Below, piece by piece: positions 58,250-64,000 of a DNA stretch of 64,000 bases; within the stretch, counting starts at the first letter, position 1, and the number at the start of each line of letters is the position of its first letter. Origin of the DNA: Rhynchopus sp. YZ270_cl-10 (lineage: Eukaryota); the NCBI GenBank assembly GCA_964035575.1, contig OZ037847.1, positions 62,001-126,000 on the forward strand, written 5' to 3'. Position numbers and translations under genes: made by a program. Below the pieces are notes generated by a model. The model saw nothing but the letters and a program-made list of their open reading frames with translations, had not been told where the DNA came from and did not search any database.

Positions 58250-59887
58250 TTCTGTGCGCTTTTTTTTGATTAATCTGCACACAAAAAAAAGCCCTCTGTA
58301 GATGAGTGGTGATGATGGGAGGGTGTGAAACAATGGTAAAATAGTTTGGGGGAAAGATGGAGAGAGGGAGTGTTTCTGAGCTTAAAGGAAAGCGATTTTT
58401 TGGATTTTGTAACGTGCAGGGATGCGATGTAATGCATTGTTGTGTGTACGTGACAAAAATAAAAGAGTTGAAAGATTTAGACTAGAACACCTCTATGGAG
58501 GAGTACAACGCAGAATCTTAAACGAAAAAAATTGAAGAAAACAATGCTTTGAACTAGATGGTCCTGCTCCTTCGTGCACAGAGACATCTGGACAAAGAAA
58601 AAAACGTTTGGAAGATGAACCTAAGCCCCGCCGTGCTTTAGCCACCTTAAAAAAGCACTTTTTCAACAAGCAAACCAATTGCTACCTTACCCTACCCTAC
58701 AGGGGTTGAAGGAAGGTTGTGGAAAAAATGAAAGCAACCTCTACTGAGAGACGCCATACAAAAAACACAAAAAATAAAACAAAAATAAAAATAAAACAAA
58801 CAAATCACATCAGATTAACACATACAATACTTGCATACAACAAATTTCTTTTCCTCCTTCCAATTGAGTGTTTTGTAGTATAGACAATCTGCCCGAAGAC
58901 GGGTTCTGTACACAAAATGGAAAAAAAAGGACTGTTTTGGGTACAATTCTTGCACCACAAAAGGGAAATGCATTTCATCAAAAAGGGAATATATTTTGAA
59001 CAAACCTCAGGTGGAGGACCTCATGCATGTCACCTCTACTAGTCCCAAGGAGAAAGTCCTCTGAGGATTTGGACTAAAATACATCCATTTTGTCTTTTGC
59101 CTCTTTTTTTGAAAACTTAGTTGTATTAGTGTAGACATCTGAAGATGAGCTCCACTTTAAGTCTTTTGTTTTATTGACAATGGCCTAAAATCATCCACCG
59201 TGTATTAGGGTTTGTACTCAATTTCTGAAGGTTCATCCTTCCGGTTTCGTTTTAAAATTCTAATTTTTTTTCGTTCTAAATATTTCAATATTTTCAACTG
59301 AACATAAAATATGGGGTTATTTCTCTTCTTGGAAATGGGGGGACGACTTTCGCGGTCTGTCAAATGAATCCCAACTCGCCTTCATACAAAAATAAAACTC
59401 AATACACCACATATGAGAACTACGACCGCTACCAGCGATTACAGCAAAGGTCACACAGGACGATGAAAGCAAATAACTTTAACTTGAAATTTTACTTTTA
59501 TGCTTTCACTGTTGTAATACCAACGGTGAAACCACTCAAGTAAAACCACAAAGTAAATTCAGTTCCTCCACCGTTGTGCGCAATCAGAGGGGGCTCTGAG
59601 GGGTGTAAAAAAATTGGAGTGTAAAAAAAGAGAATCATCTTCTACACTTTTCAATCAAAGAAGAGACAAGCAGAAAGGGGAATAGCCTATAAGACTAACC
59701 TAATGCCTCAGCGCTTAGTCTGATTTAGGATATTCTTTGGTTTATTCATCAGTCACCTGTCTCAACGTTTAGTCACCTTTGAAAGAAAAGCTGTTCAGAT
59801 GAATGTGCCTCTTCGTGCACAACTCTCAAAGAAAAAGGATAATAAAGATGAAAAATTGAAGCTATGCTTAGTCACACCTTTAAAAAC

Positions 59888-60693
59888 CAGGGTTTTTTCT
59901 AGGGGGGGACGGGGGGGGGACGGCGTCCCCCCCCAGATTTTGGGGGGAAACGCGTCCCCCCCCGGGGGGGACGCATTTTGACTTGGGAAAAAAGGATATG
60001 GGGGGTGGTTGGGGTCACCGCACAGACCCCCCATTTGGGACACCACGTACGTAACCCGCACCAGAAAAAAAAGGGAAGGCAGGGAGTCGAGCGCGCGCGA
60101 AGCGCGTCTTCTCCCCTTCCTGGCATCATTGTGAAGAGGATATAGCGAGGTGAAGTTTCAGACCGTGCCCCCAATTCACTCAATCTTTGCACCATTTGAC
60201 GGAACGAACAAAGAGCGAGAATAAGGCATCGGCAAAAATAAAAAAGTAGCGTACCGTGCGCCTGCGGCGCAACTCAAAACTTATGAGCGGAATCCCACAG
60301 CCCTCTACCATAGTTTGGCTGTACAAATGTTCAATTTTAGGTCACAATTTTTTGAAATGTTGCGTACCGTGGCTTCGCCGGAAAGTTCTGATATCATGAC
60401 CGCCGTTTCTTCTTGTACTGAGGGAAGGTTCCGTGTAACATGAGAAAAAAGGTTGGTTCTTGATGCACGTTACCATCCCACGTTATCACGTATTTACGTG
60501 AAATGAACGGGCTTTTTTGCGCGGAGCGCGAAAAATTTTGACCCCTTTTTGGACATATCTTCACGGTTTTGGAAAATTTTTCCATGAAGATAAGCGGAAA
60601 CCCTGCTTGCACCTGCGAAAAAAATTTTTTTTTTGGGTGGGTTTTTTGCGTCCCCCCCCAGATCTGAAAAAAAAAATCCTAGAAAAAACCCTG
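59888..60693. mobile_element. Non-autonomous TIR element (hAT-like termini, apparent 5-bp TSD)
   Basis: 16-bp perfect TIR CAGGGTTTTTTCTAGG; AAAAC on both flanks. Confidence 0.8.
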
Positions 60694-61548
60694 AAAACCT
60701 ACAAAAAAAAATGTATCGAAAATGGCTGTAAGTATGCATCACTGTGCAATACGTACAGAGATTTTTCGATTCACTTTTCTTTTTTTCAAAAAAAAGAAGG
60801 AAAAAAATGAAGGGTTGGGGGGTAAAACGATCCTCCACCTTCATGCTTAGCCATAAGCAAAAGGTTTAGGTTCAAAAAAAAAGGCGGGGGATGAAGTTTT
60901 ACTATGCAAATCAAAAAAACCTTTTATGGTCTTCAGAGTTCGCTTTTTTGAAAAAGGGGGTAAAAAAGGGTCGGGCTCTCCTTACGGCTTTACGGCTGGG
61001 TAAGTAGAGGGACAGAATGTTTTGTGTGTAAAAAAAAAGCAAAGAAAGAGTGGCGGAAAGGTGCTAGAATGCATCTCAGTTGAGATGTGTTTTTTAGCGC
61101 GATTCGAAAGAAAGAAAGTATTGAATGAAAAAGGCACCATGTGTGAGGTACAAAAAAATTCAAAAAAAAAAATACGGAGACGCCGGCCAAAACTTGAAAC
61201 AATAAAGAAAAGAGAAAAAAAAACCACGAACAAAAAGCAAGCCCAGGACGTACCTGCGGCACCACGACCAGCGCAACTGACGGTTGCGAAGACAAAACAT
61301 GTGCGGAACGCCGTCTTCTACGAAGACGTGTGTTACACTTTCAAACATACTTTTTACTTTTCAAAAAAAAAAATGCGTTGACGCTTCCACACACACTAAA
61401 AATTACCTGTTGGTTGGTGGTGTTGCGGAGCACGGTTGGGTGAGTGAACGACGTGACACTTTCCGCTCACAAAGTAGTGTGCGTAAAAAAACAAAAAAAA
61501 ATCAAAAAAAAAAAAAACAAAAAAAAACAAATCATTGCTTTTCCTTTT

Positions 61549-61598
61549 AATTTATAAAGTGCCCAGGCCCCGGGGGGCTTGGGTGCACTTTATAAATT
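61549..61598. repeat. 50-bp fold-back
   Basis: AATTTATAAAGTGC/GCACTTTATAAATT perfect 14-bp arms with a GC-rich inner stem. Confidence 0.7.
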
Positions 61599-62980
61599 TT
61601 TTTTTTTTATCATATTTTCTTTTTCTTTTTGACTCCGTGGTTAACCTCGTGTGAGGTTGCGCGGAGTTCGCAGTCAGGCCAGGGAGCCACGTAACAAGGC
61701 TCGACTGCCACATAGTGGGGGGAGATCTGTGCAGCCTGTATGTTCCCCCCGATTTTCGTGGTAAATGGGGAGGCGCTTCCGTTTAACGGCAACCCACAAG
61801 AGTAGAACAACAACCAAACTTTTGAGAAACAGACGCCAATGAGACCTAGAGTCTCTCTTCTTACTTGTGTGCTACAGACAAACATGACAACGCTAACCAC
61901 GACTGCCACGGCAGAGCGGGGTCCCAAACGGTTCACTGGGGGGGATCCACATAGATACAGAAAACAAAAAATACGAAAGCAAGGAAGAAAACCAGTAAAA
62001 AAAAAAAAAAAAAAAAAAAAAATACTTTGACAAAGATGAAGTGCACCGCAAAAGGTAGAAACGTCATCTTTATCAAAACGCGATGAGATTATTTGGCAGA
62101 AAAGACAGAAAGAGTTTCTACCTGAAGATATAAACTAATAATTGAACCGTGATATTGTGTATTTCATACAGATGCGCACAAAGATGAGATAATTTTTTTC
62201 GAAAGAAACTCCATTTTTCTTTTGGGCGAACAAGAGAAACGTTCAGATCCAAACGCCTCTTAGTGCTTAGTAACCTAAACACAAAAAGCCGAAATAGACC
62301 AACATTTCTCCCTTTTTTTGTACATGAGATTGCCTTATTCAAGCTGTCAAAAAACTCACCCAAAAAAAAAAGTTCTTTCAAAAAAGATTCACCTTTTTGT
62401 GCAAATGCAGTATCGCGCTTTTTTTTTGTTCTCGAATTTTACAAAATATAATTGGGGTCTGGTTTGCAAAAATATTGTGGTGTTTTTTAGGAAACTTTAG
62501 TACAGATACTTCACTGGGTGCTGCTGCGATAATTTTAAAATGACGCAGAATAGATAGCGAATGACAACAAGAACACTTGGCAACCATTACCTACAAGAAG
62601 AAAAAAAGAGTGTGTGAGCTCTGTACACAGATGTGCACCGAATGGGCAGAGATGAGATTTGGTATTCACTACCCAACTCACACCTTCTTGAAGAGGTTTT
62701 CCTTTGCTAAGTTTCTTTGTAATGTCGATAATCGCCTCTGTCTGTACTCTTTTTTTCCCTTCAAAAAACAATGAGATGTAATGACCGCTTCTGTGCTCGG
62801 ACCTTTTGAAAGCCCCCAACTTTGTTGGCGATGCAAAATGAATAAAAATGAATAATGAATTTGGACAAAAAAAAGTCAGCTTCTTGAAGCTTCTTGCATC
62901 GGGTGACTCTAGGGGTTCAGAGAATTTCTGTTTTTCTGTTGAGGCATTTCGTTCACATAACATTCGTTAGGCCTCGAAAG

Positions 62981-64000
62981 TTAGTCTCTTTTTTCCCTTT
63001 CGTCGGTAACAAAGTTGAACAGATCTTCGAACATTGGGAGCGGTTTTGAGGGCACTGCTGCAGGTTGGTTCCAGGCGGTGTGCGCTTCGAGTTGAGCTTT
63101 GGTGCCACCCACAGGTCTGTAGCTGACTGTGACCCAGACAGCAAAGATCAGGACAATCTCGAACATGAAGAACTTAAGGTACGTCATGCTGTCCGACCCT
63201 GTGAAGTAGTCTTCCGCGCTGAGGAACTTCACTGCGTCGGTTTCCATGAACTGCACCGTCGCTGTGCGCTGTACACGTGACCCGGGTGCGATGTAGAAGG
63301 GGCCAACCCGCTTCGTGGCGACGTTGTTCCCAAGGTTGTGGTCAGCAGAGTTGCTCGACACGTTCACAGTGACCATAGAGTAGTAGATGCTCGCGTTCCC
63401 ACTGAACGGCGGTACAAACCACCGAGTCACGTTGTCCCCAGCAGCGAGGTATCGGATCGTCTCGTTCGTGTGTCGCTCGGTGGCAACGTTCGTCCCGACG
63501 GACCATACATGGATGAGAACGTTCTCGGCAGTCGCAGGGCCGTGGTTTGTCACAGTGTACTCAGTGGAGGAGCCCTCTGTGCCGGTGAACTCAATGGCCA
63601 GGTTCGACAAAGGCAGAACAACGTTTGCAGAGTGCGAGTGGCGGTCCTCCGTCTGCTTCATAGAGGGCGACATGAGCGAGGCATGGATCGGGACACTGCT
63701 GCGCAGCTCGTCTACAGGCTGCAGGAGGAGCTTGACCGTGCCTACGTGCTGCGAGGGAAGGTCGCCCTGTGGGCAGCGGAGGTATGTGTGTCCAGGTGGC
63801 GATGTGACGTTGCTGCAGTACTCCGGCGGGGTGATGAGCATCTGTTGTGCGTCTGCCTCGATGTCGATTAACAAGACCACGCTGTCTGCGGGGAAGTCGC
63901 CTGTGGAGAAGCGTACATCCACAGGCACGCTGTTCTTGTCCTCCGTCGACCCCTTTGGTTGAGGGATGACGAAGACGGAGAGACGCTCCAGCACCTCGAC
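62981..64000 (-). CDS. Membrane protein with DUF11-like Ig domain (5' part lies beyond the window)
   Basis: YTVTNHGPATAENV..VSSNSADHNLGNNVAT; C-terminal TM FFMFEIVLIFAVWVTV. Confidence 0.7.
   Translation of the reverse strand, partial: VEVLERLSVFVIPQPKGSTEDKNSVPVDVRFSTGDFPADSVVLLIDIEADAQQMLITPPEYCSNVTSPPGHTYLRCPQGDLPSQHVGTVKLLLQPVDELRSSVPIHASLMSPSMKQTEDRHSHSANVVLPLSNLAIEFTGTEGSSTEYTVTNHGPATAENVLIHVWSVGTNVATERHTNETIRYLAAGDNVTRWFVPPFSGNASIYYSMVTVNVSSNSADHNLGNNVATKRVGPFYIAPGSRVQRTATVQFMETDAVKFLSAEDYFTGSDSMTYLKFFMFEIVLIFAVWVTVSYRPVGGTKAQLEAHTAWNQPAAVPSKPLPMFEDLFNFVTDEREKRD

Overview
Eukaryotic protist genomic DNA, most consistent with a euglenozoan (diplonemid-like). This is inferred from unidirectional genes, CA-rich 5' leaders, short GTATG..CAG introns and a euglenozoan-looking LSU rRNA fragment. 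Positions ~1-17.3 kb are a nested transposon/satellite island. It contains several TIR MITEs, a family of simple satellites sharing an ACAGTA core, and a 3'-truncated non-LTR retrotransposon. That element has a candidate 5' HDV-like ribozyme, an ORF1, a single in-frame UGA, a 2A-like NPGP motif and an APE endonuclease. The island also holds an inverted decayed ORF1 paralog, and a 4.6-kb element with A1..B1-A2-B2 split direct repeats and no TSD (DIRS-order/YR-type architecture) enclosing a ~90-bp higher-order tandem array. Positions 17.7-64 kb hold about 16 protein genes, all on the minus strand. They include UPF1, a vWA-UBA-RBR ligase, RING/TRAF, GRAM, WD40, MAU2-like, DUF11 and coiled-coil proteins. 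The AT-rich spacers carry a strand-polarised ~45-bp hairpin element in about a dozen copies. All calls were made by eye; no database searches were run.
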